This document shows, piece after piece, positions 27,577 to 37,009 of a stretch of 38,307 bases of DNA. This stretch comes from Candidatus Thorarchaeota archaeon (lineage in GTDB: Archaea > Asgardarchaeota > Thorarchaeia > Thorarchaeales > Thorarchaeaceae): the NCBI GenBank assembly GCA_038893995.1, contig JAWAQK010000019.1, positions 1-38,307 of the forward strand, given 5' to 3'. Within the stretch, counting starts at the first letter, position 1. The number at the start of each line of letters is the position of its first letter. Below the pieces are notes generated by a model. That model was given only the letters and a program-made list of their open reading frames with translations, searched no databases and had not been told where the DNA came from. Position numbers and translations under genes: made by a program.

Positions 27577-28749
27577 TTCTGACTTGTTGAGCAGCGCCTT
27601 CTTCTTGTCTATCCTGTCTCTCAGGTCGGCGAGCTTCACATCCAGCTTTGCGGTCTGTTCTTCATATACATCTCGAGTGATCGTACCAGAGGCGAGTCTC
27701 TGCTTCATGTGCTCCCTGATCTGTTCTACGGACCTGATCTCTCTCTCCAGGTATGTGATCTCGTCGAGCAGCTCCCTAGTCGTCTGTTCCTCCTCACTCT
27801 GGAACTGCCTGGCCGGTATGATCAGTCCAAGCTGTGACCTTGTCTTCTCGGCGAAATCATATAGTTCGTTACCGAGTTTCTTCATTCCGTCCTCAACATT
27901 GTCCACTTTCTTCGATAGTTTCGAGATATCCTTCTGTAGTTCGACAACTGTATTCACGAGCTTTCTGAGCGTGGTTTCTATCTCAGTCAGAGTCGGTTCC
28001 GAGACAGCAGTGGCTGGAGTCCTTGCGGTGTCTCCTGTGGATACTGTCCGTGTGGCGACGACTTCACTTGGCTTTGGAGTGATCATTTCACCCGTCAACC
28101 ACTTGAAGGCATTGATGGCAAAAGCGACGTTGTCCGGGTGCTTGAGTCCGCCCCTAAAAACCTCGTATGTTCCAACAGCCACCACGCGACCCTTCTCGTA
28201 CTCAGCCACTGCCACAACGGGTGCACTCGGTGGCTCTGCTGTAGATGAGGTCATGGCGATACCTTGGGCATTGCCTGACAGCCTCAGCGTACACGAGGAG
28301 GGAACCAGGAGAGAGGTGACATCGCGTGTGACTGGATGAGATGTGATGCTGGTCACGATAGGCATTGTGGCAATGCCCGCATTGTTTCGTTCATCCTTGA
28401 CAGCAGTGTTCTCAAAGTCGATACCAAAGTCTCTCGACAACTGGCCAAGGTTGGTCATTAGCCCTCTGTCTCCGCCTGAGAGAGAGAGCAGCATCAGCCC
28501 ACCCCCGTCCGCGACGAACTTCTTGATGGCGTCTATCTCTGCGGTGCGCAGTCTCGAACCACTTGGACAGGCAAAGACGATAGCATCGAACTCCGATATG
28601 TTCTTTGAAACAATCATGAAATCCGTGTACGTTTCGACGTCAAAGTCGTTATCACTGAGCATCTGTCCCAGTCTTGCATAGGTGGAGTCAAGCCTACCGC
28701 GTTCGTTCTGGGTCTGATCGAACAGTATCCTCTTCCTTCTGACAGGCAT
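27568..28749 (-). CDS. IFT52-like GIFT (GldG/DUF4350-type) domain protein with C-terminal coiled coil
   Basis: ILFDQ..NE, P.....AEIDAIKKFV..GGGLMLL...GGD....TNL..L...FGI.F....V, KGRVVAVG, DN..F..NAF.WL; then a Thr-rich linker and coiled coil. Confidence 0.82.
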   Translation of the reverse strand: MPVRRKRILFDQTQNERGRLDSTYARLGQMLSDNDFDVETYTDFMIVSKNISEFDAIVFACPSGSRLRTAEIDAIKKFVADGGGLMLLSLSGGDRGLMTNLGQLSRDFGIDFENTAVKDERNNAGIATMPIVTSITSHPVTRDVTSLLVPSSCTLRLSGNAQGIAMTSSTAEPPSAPVVAVAEYEKGRVVAVGTYEVFRGGLKHPDNVAFAINAFKWLTGEMITPKPSEVVATRTVSTGDTARTPATAVSEPTLTEIETTLRKLVNTVVELQKDISKLSKKVDNVEDGMKKLGNELYDFAEKTRSQLGLIIPARQFQSEEEQTTRELLDEITYLEREIRSVEQIREHMKQRLASGTITRDVYEEQTAKLDVKLADLRDRIDKKKALLNKSESS

Positions 28750-28858
28750 GTCCTTGGCCCTCTCTATCTCAGACCATCATCCGGGGACTAATGAGACTTG
28801 CGGGGATGCCTGTGGTCGAGCGAGAACCATTTATGATGAGATGCGCATGATCCGGCGC

Positions 28859-29290
28859 ATGTCAAGTGAGGACTGTGTATTCTGCAAGATCGTGAAGAGG
28901 CAGGTTCCTGCCTCTGTCGTGTTTGAGGACGACTGCTGCATGGCCTTCATGGACATATTCCCTATTCGGGAGGGTCACTGTCTCCTGATTCCAAAGTCAC
29001 ACTACACGAATCTCCTAGATGTAGATCTGGCAGTCATGGAACGAATGAGTGGCAGACTGGTTGAGCTGACAAGAAAGGTCTATGCTGCCCTTAGACCCAA
29101 CGGGGTACTCGTGATTGCTGCCAATGGGACAGGGGCAGGCCAGGAGATTCCTCATCTCCACTTTCACGTATTGCCGCGTAACAGCGGTGATGAGTTTCGC
29201 TTTCAGTTCCCGAAGGGGTATCGCGAGAAGATGGCCTTGCGAGAGGAACTTGATGCAGTGGCCACGCGAATCAGGAATGCTTCAACATGA
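28859..29290 (+). CDS. HIT-family hydrolase
   Basis: DCVFCKIV, AFMDIFP...GH.LLIPK.H, GQEIPHLHFHVLPR. Confidence 0.95.
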   Translation: MSSEDCVFCKIVKRQVPASVVFEDDCCMAFMDIFPIREGHCLLIPKSHYTNLLDVDLAVMERMSGRLVELTRKVYAALRPNGVLVIAANGTGAGQEIPHLHFHVLPRNSGDEFRFQFPKGYREKMALREELDAVATRIRNAST

Positions 29291-29714
29291 GAAGATTGAG
29301 TCCCGACCGTTTGTCATGAGCCCTGAGAAGCCCTTTATCGAATTCCATGATCACTACCTCTAGTGTCACAGAGACGACACAGCCCTTCATCAGATGACCT
29401 CCGTAGCACCTGCCCTCGTCGTCCGAGACTACCATGTGGGCATGAATGACGGTCTGACCGTCTTCCAGCCTCGAGATGTTCCCGATGCATGAGACCACCT
29501 CAACCTCTCTGTTGATCTCGATCTCCCTGTATTTCCTCGAGGCCAGCTCGAAGTAGCCAACTCTAGCGCCTGATAGGGCTCCTATGGCGCTGAGCTGTGC
29601 TCCACGAATGTCTTGGTCACGTGCAATTGTCTGAAGACTCTCAAGCACGTCATCTCCCGGTTCCAATCTGGCGACCACTACTCGCCGGGGTATCACTGTG
29701 ACAGCATGTGTCAT
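29271..29714 (-). CDS. PPC/DUF296 domain protein
   Basis: RLEPGDD..E.L, AIGAL, EVVSCIGNI, HAH..VSD..G..YGGHL, TLEV. Confidence 0.93.
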   Translation of the reverse strand: MTHAVTVIPRRVVVARLEPGDDVLESLQTIARDQDIRGAQLSAIGALSGARVGYFELASRKYREIEINREVEVVSCIGNISRLEDGQTVIHAHMVVSDDEGRCYGGHLMKGCVVSVTLEVVIMEFDKGLLRAHDKRSGLNLLMLKHS

Positions 29715-29941
29715 GTCTCGGGTCTGTCTCGACAGCTCTATTGAATCTAGTCGTCCGTCGCCATCAGAAGTGCTTATCTGCATGGCATGAGGGATGTTTC
29801 GCAGACCGCTCAGTTGATGCGGTCGCTAGTGTCGACGGGCACAGTCTGATCGGTCCCGTTTGAGGAGATGTTGCTTTCAATGGCCCATCCTCAGGGTGTG
29901 AGCAGTTGGGCACTGGAACATGCGTGACGGAGTGACCACAG

Positions 29942-32614
29942 TTGCAAGACAGTGATGGCGTGACTCATGGTAGTGATCAAGAGTTTGACGAAGAGGAGAC
30001 AATTCCCGAGAAGGAAGTTGTCACAGAGTTTCGTGTTGGACCCAGAGACATACCCTCAGAGGCCCCTCCATCTCTTCTGCTCTCAGTTGACTACGACGGG
30101 AAGGCGAATAAGGCCGTTGTGCGACTCTATCGACCTGACACTAGAGACGTCATATTCTGGTTTGACACGTCTGGTCACAGACCGTATTGCTATACTGATC
30201 TTGATCCCGAGACTGCATCTAGGAAGGCCAGGAAGAATCCAGGCTTCCTGAAGACAGAACGGGTCCGACTGCGCGACCTACTTCACGACCGGGAAGTAGA
30301 GATGACTAAGGTGATCGCTGACAACCCCCTGGCAATCGGTGGGGCAAGGGATTCCATTCGCGACCTGCTCACAGAGAAGGCAGATCGCAGCGCAGGGCCC
30401 GAATCTCCTCCTGAGATCAATCACGCTTGGGAGGCCAATATCCGATACAAGAACTGTTACACCTACGACATGGGTCTCATCACTGGAATGATGTACCGGA
30501 TTGAGAATGGTCAGCTGATCCCATGTTCGCCGACTCTGGACAAGTCTATTCAGGAGGAGTTTAGACGGGCCATCAAAGGTGAGCCGGACATTGAGAAGAT
30601 GGTTGACCAGTACGCTCCACTCCTGTTCTGCGATGTACCACCTGTTCGACGCGTCGCCATCGACATTGAGGTCTACGCTCCAACCGATGGGGCGATTCCC
30701 GATGTCAACGAGGCCCGTGAGAAGGTCACAGCTATCGGCATTGCTGACAGTGACGGACATAACAGGTGCCTCGTTCTTGAACGGTCTGATGTCCCACTGG
30801 GCACGAAGGGTCCTGGTTACCCAACTGACCTGAAGATAGACTTCTACTCAGACGAGCGTGAGATGATACTGGAGGCCTTCCGAGTAATAGATCAGTATCC
30901 TGTTGTCCTAACATTCGTGGGTGACACCTTTGATCTGGCATACCTGTACAACCGGGCAAGGAAGCTGGGGATTGATGTAAGCGCACAGTGTCCCATACAC
31001 CTGGGCGACGGTATTGCACTGGTCAACAGAGGAGTGCATGTTGACCTCTTTCGCTTTCTGAAGAATCCGTCCGTAAGGCTCTATGCGCTCTCAGGTGCCT
31101 ACGACCAGACCAACTTGGACTCGATCGCAAAGGGTCTTCTGGGACTGGGAAAGCTTACACTGACCACTTCGATATTCAGACTGTCTCTCTATGAGCTTGC
31201 CCACTATTGTTGGCGAGATGCGAGCATCACGCTTCAGATCACCACTCACAAGAATGACCAGTTGTTTCGACTCATAGTGCTTCTCATGCGAATGTCACGC
31301 CTGTCACTGGATGATCTGACCCGTCAGGGAATATCAGCGTGGATACAGTCCATGTTCCGTCAGGAACATAGGGCCCGTCGCGCCCTGATTCCCCGGCCGA
31401 TTGACATCCAGACGGCCAAGCCATCTGAACCCCATACAGAGGCCGTGATCAAGGACAAACGCTTCAAGGGTGCGATTGTCATTGACCCTGTAGCAGGAGT
31501 TCACTTCAATACGACAGTCCTGGACTTTGCGAGCCTGTACCCCACGATAATGAAGCGTCATAACATAAGTTACGAAACCATTGACTGCCCCCACGAGGAG
31601 TGTCGACTGAGGACCGATAACAGAGTTCCTGAGACTGAGCACTGGGTGTGCAAGAAGAATCGGGGCATGATCAGCCAGACTATCGGTTTCCTCAGGGACA
31701 TAAGGGTCGAGTGGTTCAAGGCGAGGAGCAAGGACCAGTCGCTGGATCCTAAGACCCGTGATTGGTACTCAGTCGTCGAGAAGGCACTGAAGGTCTTTGT
31801 CAATGCATCATACGGTGTGACCGGAGCACAACATTTCGAGCTCTTCTGCATGCCTGCGGCCGAGAGTGTGACCGCATTTGGACGTGATGCGATAGTGCGT
31901 ACCAAGCAGAAGGCCGAGTCGATGGGGATACGCGTACTGTACGGCGACACTGACTCTCTGTTTCTGGACAATCCCCCAAGGGAGAAGACGGAGGAACTCG
32001 TAAAGTGGTCTCAGGAGGTCCTGGGTATTGACCTAGAGGTCGACAAGGTATACAAGTATGTGGCCCTGTCTGGTCGGAAAAAGAACTACATTGGCGTCCT
32101 ACGGTCAGGATATGTAGAGGTCAAGGGGCTGAGTGGCAAGAAACGGAACACCCCTATCTTCGTACAGGACGCATTTCGCAAGATGCTGGATATACTGTCC
32201 AAGGTCGAGTCCCCAAAGGACTTTGAGGTCGCCAAGTCCGAGATCCGTGATGTCGTGAACTCGGTCATAGACAGGCTTGAGGGACGGTCCGAACCCTACT
32301 CCCCGGAAGAGCTCGCCTTCAGGGTACAGATGACCAAGGGCCTGGACCAGTACGGGAAGACAGTACCTCAGCATGTCCGCGCTGCACAGATGTTGCTTGA
32401 AACGGGCCGCACTGTCGAACCTGGGTCGATAGTGGAGTATATCAAGACCAAGGACGGTGTCTTACCAGTCGCCCTGGCACAGGGAAAGTCCTTCTGGATT
32501 GACACAGAGAAGTACATTGACACACTGAGGTCCGTATTCGATCAGGTCCTCGACTCGCTTGGACTTGACTTTCAAGAACTGATGGGGTTCACGACTCTGG
32601 ACCAGTTCTTCTAG
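29942..32614 (+). CDS. polB1: Family B DNA polymerase, PolB1 type
   Basis: PolB1-type N-terminus (YDGK..KAV.RLY.P...W.DTSGHRPYCYT), ExoI DIEV, DFASLYP, K...NASYG, YGDTDS, KKNY, C-terminal PIP-like TTLDQFF. Confidence 0.95.
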   Translation: MQDSDGVTHGSDQEFDEEETIPEKEVVTEFRVGPRDIPSEAPPSLLLSVDYDGKANKAVVRLYRPDTRDVIFWFDTSGHRPYCYTDLDPETASRKARKNPGFLKTERVRLRDLLHDREVEMTKVIADNPLAIGGARDSIRDLLTEKADRSAGPESPPEINHAWEANIRYKNCYTYDMGLITGMMYRIENGQLIPCSPTLDKSIQEEFRRAIKGEPDIEKMVDQYAPLLFCDVPPVRRVAIDIEVYAPTDGAIPDVNEAREKVTAIGIADSDGHNRCLVLERSDVPLGTKGPGYPTDLKIDFYSDEREMILEAFRVIDQYPVVLTFVGDTFDLAYLYNRARKLGIDVSAQCPIHLGDGIALVNRGVHVDLFRFLKNPSVRLYALSGAYDQTNLDSIAKGLLGLGKLTLTTSIFRLSLYELAHYCWRDASITLQITTHKNDQLFRLIVLLMRMSRLSLDDLTRQGISAWIQSMFRQEHRARRALIPRPIDIQTAKPSEPHTEAVIKDKRFKGAIVIDPVAGVHFNTTVLDFASLYPTIMKRHNISYETIDCPHEECRLRTDNRVPETEHWVCKKNRGMISQTIGFLRDIRVEWFKARSKDQSLDPKTRDWYSVVEKALKVFVNASYGVTGAQHFELFCMPAAESVTAFGRDAIVRTKQKAESMGIRVLYGDTDSLFLDNPPREKTEELVKWSQEVLGIDLEVDKVYKYVALSGRKKNYIGVLRSGYVEVKGLSGKKRNTPIFVQDAFRKMLDILSKVESPKDFEVAKSEIRDVVNSVIDRLEGRSEPYSPEELAFRVQMTKGLDQYGKTVPQHVRAAQMLLETGRTVEPGSIVEYIKTKDGVLPVALAQGKSFWIDTEKYIDTLRSVFDQVLDSLGLDFQELMGFTTLDQFF

Positions 32615-32717
32615 ATATGGCAGTATCGACAGAGTTTCGTCAAGAAACTCTTATAGCATCCTTCCCACTGTGCTTTCACGAGCCCTGTCTGTTTCATCGA
32701 TTAGTGGGGTCGATGCC

Positions 32718-33755
32718 ATGAAAGAGATCAATCTCAGAGAGTTCTTCATGAAGAAAGCAGTACTGTTGTTTCAGCCTGAAGACATCAAGATGTCTATCAG
32801 TGACTTCTTCTCCAACTACGCGTCGTATCTGACAGACGTCGGGATTGTGGGCAAGCGACCCAACGGATATGCACTGTACCCCAGTAAGACCGCCCCGGTC
32901 GAGAAACAGCACACAGAGTTCTTCGAACACTGGGTGAAGATGTGTGACTCTCTCAGCATCAGCCTGTCTGTCGGTATGGACTTCTATACAGATGGCTGGT
33001 TTGCCCGCGACCCCAAGTACCAGACAATGACATCGAGGGGAAAGGCAATGACGCATCAGATCTGTCCCAATCGTGAGGAGTTCTGGCAGTATGGTGCGGA
33101 GATAGTCAAAGAGATTGGCTCGTATCCTATCAGTGAGATATTGTTGTTCGGTTCAGGATACATCCGAGATGAGTTCTGTTTCTGTAGCAGATGCAGGAAG
33201 GAGTTTGCGCCACTCGTCAACCAGGAGCCCAGTAGGCTGACCTACGAATATCTGATTGAGAATCCTGACTACCATGCAATGTGGCACAAGTGGCGATCAG
33301 AGAAGGTCGTAAAGGGGATTGAGGTACTCAGAGCGGCTGCCAGAGCGACTGACGAGAAGATCGGACGGGCTGAGCCCCTCCGTCTGTCCATCGAGGTCAT
33401 AGTCGATCCTGAGACCGGTCTCTCTGAGGGCGCGAAGGGCGAGTATGGCTACGACTACTCCAAGTTCGGCGAGATCACTGGCAACATACTCATCAACCTC
33501 TTTCCCTGGTCACCGATCCTTCCACAGAGGGGGACCAAGGAGTACAACAATCTTGTCGAGTCCCTCTACTACGTCAATGAGTTCAAGAGAAGAGGTGGCC
33601 GGGCGTCACTCTTCAGATGGGGTGTGACGACACTGGAACAGCTCGACGAGATCCGCTCACTCGCAAAGGACGTTGGTATTGACAGGATCGTGACCACTCC
33701 TCACTATCCGGTCGACTACTCTGTACGAAGAGAGGCAGCAGTGGGCACCTATTGA
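32718..33755 (+). CDS. TIM-barrel glycoside-hydrolase-like (GHL10/GH42-like) protein with CFC..C zinc site
   Basis: W...P......G......CPN.EE...Y....E...Y.I..I.L....Y....CFC..C...F and W..WR patterns; the expected acidic residues are missing. Start is 32718 or 32748. Confidence 0.6.
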   Translation: MKEINLREFFMKKAVLLFQPEDIKMSISDFFSNYASYLTDVGIVGKRPNGYALYPSKTAPVEKQHTEFFEHWVKMCDSLSISLSVGMDFYTDGWFARDPKYQTMTSRGKAMTHQICPNREEFWQYGAEIVKEIGSYPISEILLFGSGYIRDEFCFCSRCRKEFAPLVNQEPSRLTYEYLIENPDYHAMWHKWRSEKVVKGIEVLRAAARATDEKIGRAEPLRLSIEVIVDPETGLSEGAKGEYGYDYSKFGEITGNILINLFPWSPILPQRGTKEYNNLVESLYYVNEFKRRGGRASLFRWGVTTLEQLDEIRSLAKDVGIDRIVTTPHYPVDYSVRREAAVGTY

Positions 33756-34612
33756 AGTGCCCCGCAGAACGGACATCTCGATATCCCCACCCGTATAGTC
33801 CTCCCACAGGACAGACAGAAGGTAGTCCTCTCTGCTGATCCCCTACCGTCGTCCCGGAATGGACTCAGTTCTCCAAGTCTGAAGAGAGCGCCGAGACCCT
33901 CTGTCGCAGCCTCGCTCCTGACATCACACATTCCTGAGCAGGTGGGGGCCCTGTGTCTATCGTGTGCGCGTGGAGGGTTCTGCTCAACGACTGTTTCCCT
34001 GTCACGACCATCAGGTGCGTTCGACAGGTCTTCCCGGAATGGCCCCCGTCCAGTAGTCGGCGTACGCCCTGACTGAACTCGTTCGTCCCCTGTGATAGGC
34101 CTGTCCGACGGGCCTACAACTTGACCAATTGTTCCGAGAGACCTACCAGTATAGTCCTGCCTGTAGGCATACTCTGGGGCGAGTGGACCGAATGCTCCCG
34201 GCGCGGCGCTGTCATTCCCAATTGGTTCCTCCCATCCGTGCACTGCGAGGTCCATGAACTTGCGATGAGACTCGTCCTTCATCCGCTGGTAATCATGAGG
34301 GGTAATACCGATGATCTCTAGTGCCCTGTCCCTCTCTGGACATCTCTTTGTTAGGGGACAGCAATATGCAAGGCTGCCATGACACAGGTTGGCCAATGCT
34401 CTCTCTCGTCCCGACTTGAAGATGGGCTGTATCTTCTTTCTGCCCAGGACAAGAGTGGCGCCGACAGTCTTCAGCTCTGAGTATCCGCTCTCTGCCAGGG
34501 CCTCGACCACGTCCCTTGCAGGATATGCCCGTCCTTCTATCAGTACGACTCCCTCAGTCCGATCGAGTCTGACGGGCCGTCCAACATTCTCGTCGTATGG
34601 TTCATACTGCGT
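33749..34612 (-). CDS. Methanogenesis-marker-9-like Cys-rich domain protein with disordered linker and C-terminal zinc ribbon
   Basis: LCHGSLAYCC..K.CPERD.ALE.IGI...Y..MK; C-terminal CLSCG...CPFCG. The frame stays open upstream of GTG 34510; start provisionally ACG 34612. Confidence 0.7.
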   Translation of the reverse strand, partial: TQYEPYDENVGRPVRLDRTEGVVLIEGRAYPARDVVEALAESGYSELKTVGATLVLGRKKIQPIFKSGRERALANLCHGSLAYCCPLTKRCPERDRALEIIGITPHDYQRMKDESHRKFMDLAVHGWEEPIGNDSAAPGAFGPLAPEYAYRQDYTGRSLGTIGQVVGPSDRPITGDERVQSGRTPTTGRGPFREDLSNAPDGRDRETVVEQNPPRAHDRHRAPTCSGMCDVRSEAATEGLGALFRLGELSPFRDDGRGSAERTTFCLSCGRTIRVGISRCPFCGALQ

Positions 34613-34784
34613 GGCGGTTCACCTGCATCACATGGTCTCTCTTGTGTTACCTCGTTCACTCAATAGAATCTCGTGTGTTACGGACGTATTTTCCAACTGG
34701 AGGGTTCCTACAGAAGAGCCCGAGAGGATTTTATATTGGCTGTATCCTACCCCCATGACCGACAAGGTCTAGGAGTGACTTGAC

Positions 34785-35150
34785 ATGGGTTGCAGAGCCG
34801 AAGGCGCGGCCCAGGGCTTTACGGTACTGGGCGCCGTAGTGTTACTGGTCTATGCCGTCAATCTGATATCCCAGGGTCTCCCAGCGGCAACTGGGGGAAA
34901 CACTGAGGGAATCATCGACGTCATTGTTGGAATTGTTCTCATCATCATCTGCATTCTCTCGCTCGACGCATGCGGGTTCGTTCACTGGAAGGTCGAGAGA
35001 AGCGGCATTCTGCTCGCCATATTCGGCCTGTTCTCGATATTCATAGTCGTCAGGGGCATCCAGCTAAACATACTCTCGTGGTTGATGAGTGCACCCCTGT
35101 TGGCTGGCTTCATGATACTCCTGGCGGGAATACTCATCGTCACGGACTGA
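34785..35150 (+). CDS. Small 4-TM membrane protein
   Basis: Four hydrophobic segments; GGAGTGA SD; TTTTATA upstream. Confidence 0.8.
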   Translation: MGCRAEGAAQGFTVLGAVVLLVYAVNLISQGLPAATGGNTEGIIDVIVGIVLIIICILSLDACGFVHWKVERSGILLAIFGLFSIFIVVRGIQLNILSWLMSAPLLAGFMILLAGILIVTD

Positions 35151-35164
35151 GAGAGGTATTGCAG

Positions 35165-35533
35165 ATGTCGACACAAGACCGTGCCCAGGACTCTGATGTC
35201 AACCTACTGGGCAGGGTCTTGCTTCTTTTTGGTTCTCTTGTAGTGCTGGTCTTTGGCATCCTCTACATTCTGGACTTTGGGGGACTAATGCGATCTTGGC
35301 ATTGGTTTCCAGATGTCAGCCACCTGTTTGTGGGTCTGTTTTCAGTCCTACAGGGAGTCCTTCTGATCGCTCTATCCGTGATCGTGTTGTGCCTCAGTGG
35401 TGCAGTACGGCCTGTCTGCAGACGGACCAATGGTGCAAGTAGGACGGTCCTACTTTGTGCGATTCTCATGCTGGTCATTGGAGGCCGAACGGGGGCACTG
35501 ATGGTACTCGTTGGTGCTGTATTGCGTCATTGA
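35165..35533 (+). CDS. Small 4-TM membrane protein, probable paralog of 34785 and 37312
   Basis: ATG 35165 with GAGGT SD; same helix and Gly spacing. Confidence 0.7.
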   Translation: MSTQDRAQDSDVNLLGRVLLLFGSLVVLVFGILYILDFGGLMRSWHWFPDVSHLFVGLFSVLQGVLLIALSVIVLCLSGAVRPVCRRTNGASRTVLLCAILMLVIGGRTGALMVLVGAVLRH

Positions 35534-35647
35534 CCCAGTGTAGGCAGTCAGCAGGGGGTCGTCTCGACTGATCATGCTGCGAAACTCGTTGTCCAATCAC
35601 AAGCTAGATATGTGACATAGGGTCGTCTGGTCGTCACCAGCTGGAAG

Positions 35648-37009
35648 GTGGTAAAGATGGACGAAAGACACATCCAGATTCTCCGGGAGCTGGGTTTCTC
35701 GGATATTGATCCCGGGAAGATGACAAATCGCTACTGGAACAAGCGTGGTTCCGAGGCACTGGCACTGACTACACAGGACCGGGATGTGTACGGCTGTATA
35801 GATCATACACGCGGTGAGGGTCTGCGCCTGTATGATGTTGAGGGTACAGAATATCTAGATATGACGGGCGGAGTTGCCGTCAGAGCGTTCGGTCTGAGAT
35901 ATCGACCATTCATTGAGTTTGAACAGAAGATAATTGATGTTGCTCTTGAGTTGCCTGGCCAGGACTTTGATGCGATCCCGCAGACGCTGCTTGCTGAACG
36001 AGTGGCGCGGATAGTCCCCGGTAATCATCAGAAGAGAGTTGTATTCACCACGTCGGGTGGTAGAGCTGTAGAGGGATGCCTGAAGTCTGCCATGGAGATG
36101 TCCGGCCGCACCAGGTTTCTTGCGTTCCGACCTGCCTTCCACGGCAGAACGGGGTATGCACTTGCTCTAACAGCCTCCAACTCGAAGCACAAGAATGTGT
36201 TTCCGCAGGGGCTGGATGTCGTGAGAGTCTTCTATCCCTACTGTTACAGGTGTCCCTATGGTCAGGAAGTGGAGAGCTGCAATCTTGAGTGCGTGGAGGC
36301 GGTCAGATACGCGCTCCAGGTTGAGGGAAATGACATAGCTGCGACGGTCATGGAGCCCATCTGTGGCGAGGGTGGCCTCATTGTGCCGCCCGCGAAAGCA
36401 GTGAAGGGCATATTCGAGGTCACCAAGGAGGTCGGCGCATTCTTCATGTCTGACGAGGTACAGGCGGGAATGGGCCGTACTGGACGATGGTGTGCGATCG
36501 AACACCACGGTGTGGTACCCGATTACGTGTCCATGGCGAAGGCTCTCGGTGGCGGATATCCCATGGGCGCATCAGTGGGTCCCGCTCCGATGTTCAAGTC
36601 TGCCTCACGGCACTCGGAAACGTTCTCAGCAGAGCCAAAGATGGCACTACTCTCTCTGTGGATACTGAAGCACATGGAGGACGGCAATTTCCTCAAGAAG
36701 AATGAGGAGAATGGGCAGTACCTCATGACCCGTCTGAGAGAGCTCATGGACCGATACGAGGTCATCGGTGACGTACGAGGTCTCGGCCTCATGGTAGGAA
36801 TAGAGCTGGTCAAGGACAGGCGTACAAAGGAGAAAGCAGTCAAGTACCGTGACGAACTGGTGCGCAACCTCGTGCAGAAACAGAGGCTATGGATCATCGG
36901 CGCCGGGCAGAACTGCATCCGCCTGACTCCAAGCTACATCATCACTAGGGACGAGATTGATGACGCAGTGAATAGGATTGAGGCCGGTCTCAAGGCCACA
37001 CATCTCTGA
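35648..37009 (+). CDS. Class III PLP-dependent aminotransferase
   Basis: DVEG.EYLD, SG..AVE, FHGRT, EPICGEGG, DEVQAGMGRTG, AKALGGG.P.G, DVRGLGLM. Confidence 0.95.
   Translation: MVKMDERHIQILRELGFSDIDPGKMTNRYWNKRGSEALALTTQDRDVYGCIDHTRGEGLRLYDVEGTEYLDMTGGVAVRAFGLRYRPFIEFEQKIIDVALELPGQDFDAIPQTLLAERVARIVPGNHQKRVVFTTSGGRAVEGCLKSAMEMSGRTRFLAFRPAFHGRTGYALALTASNSKHKNVFPQGLDVVRVFYPYCYRCPYGQEVESCNLECVEAVRYALQVEGNDIAATVMEPICGEGGLIVPPAKAVKGIFEVTKEVGAFFMSDEVQAGMGRTGRWCAIEHHGVVPDYVSMAKALGGGYPMGASVGPAPMFKSASRHSETFSAEPKMALLSLWILKHMEDGNFLKKNEENGQYLMTRLRELMDRYEVIGDVRGLGLMVGIELVKDRRTKEKAVKYRDELVRNLVQKQRLWIIGAGQNCIRLTPSYIITRDEIDDAVNRIEAGLKATHL

Noticed and set aside
27497-28339. 280-aa plus-strand ORF
   Set aside because: Ser-rich antisense shadow of the GIFT/coiled-coil gene
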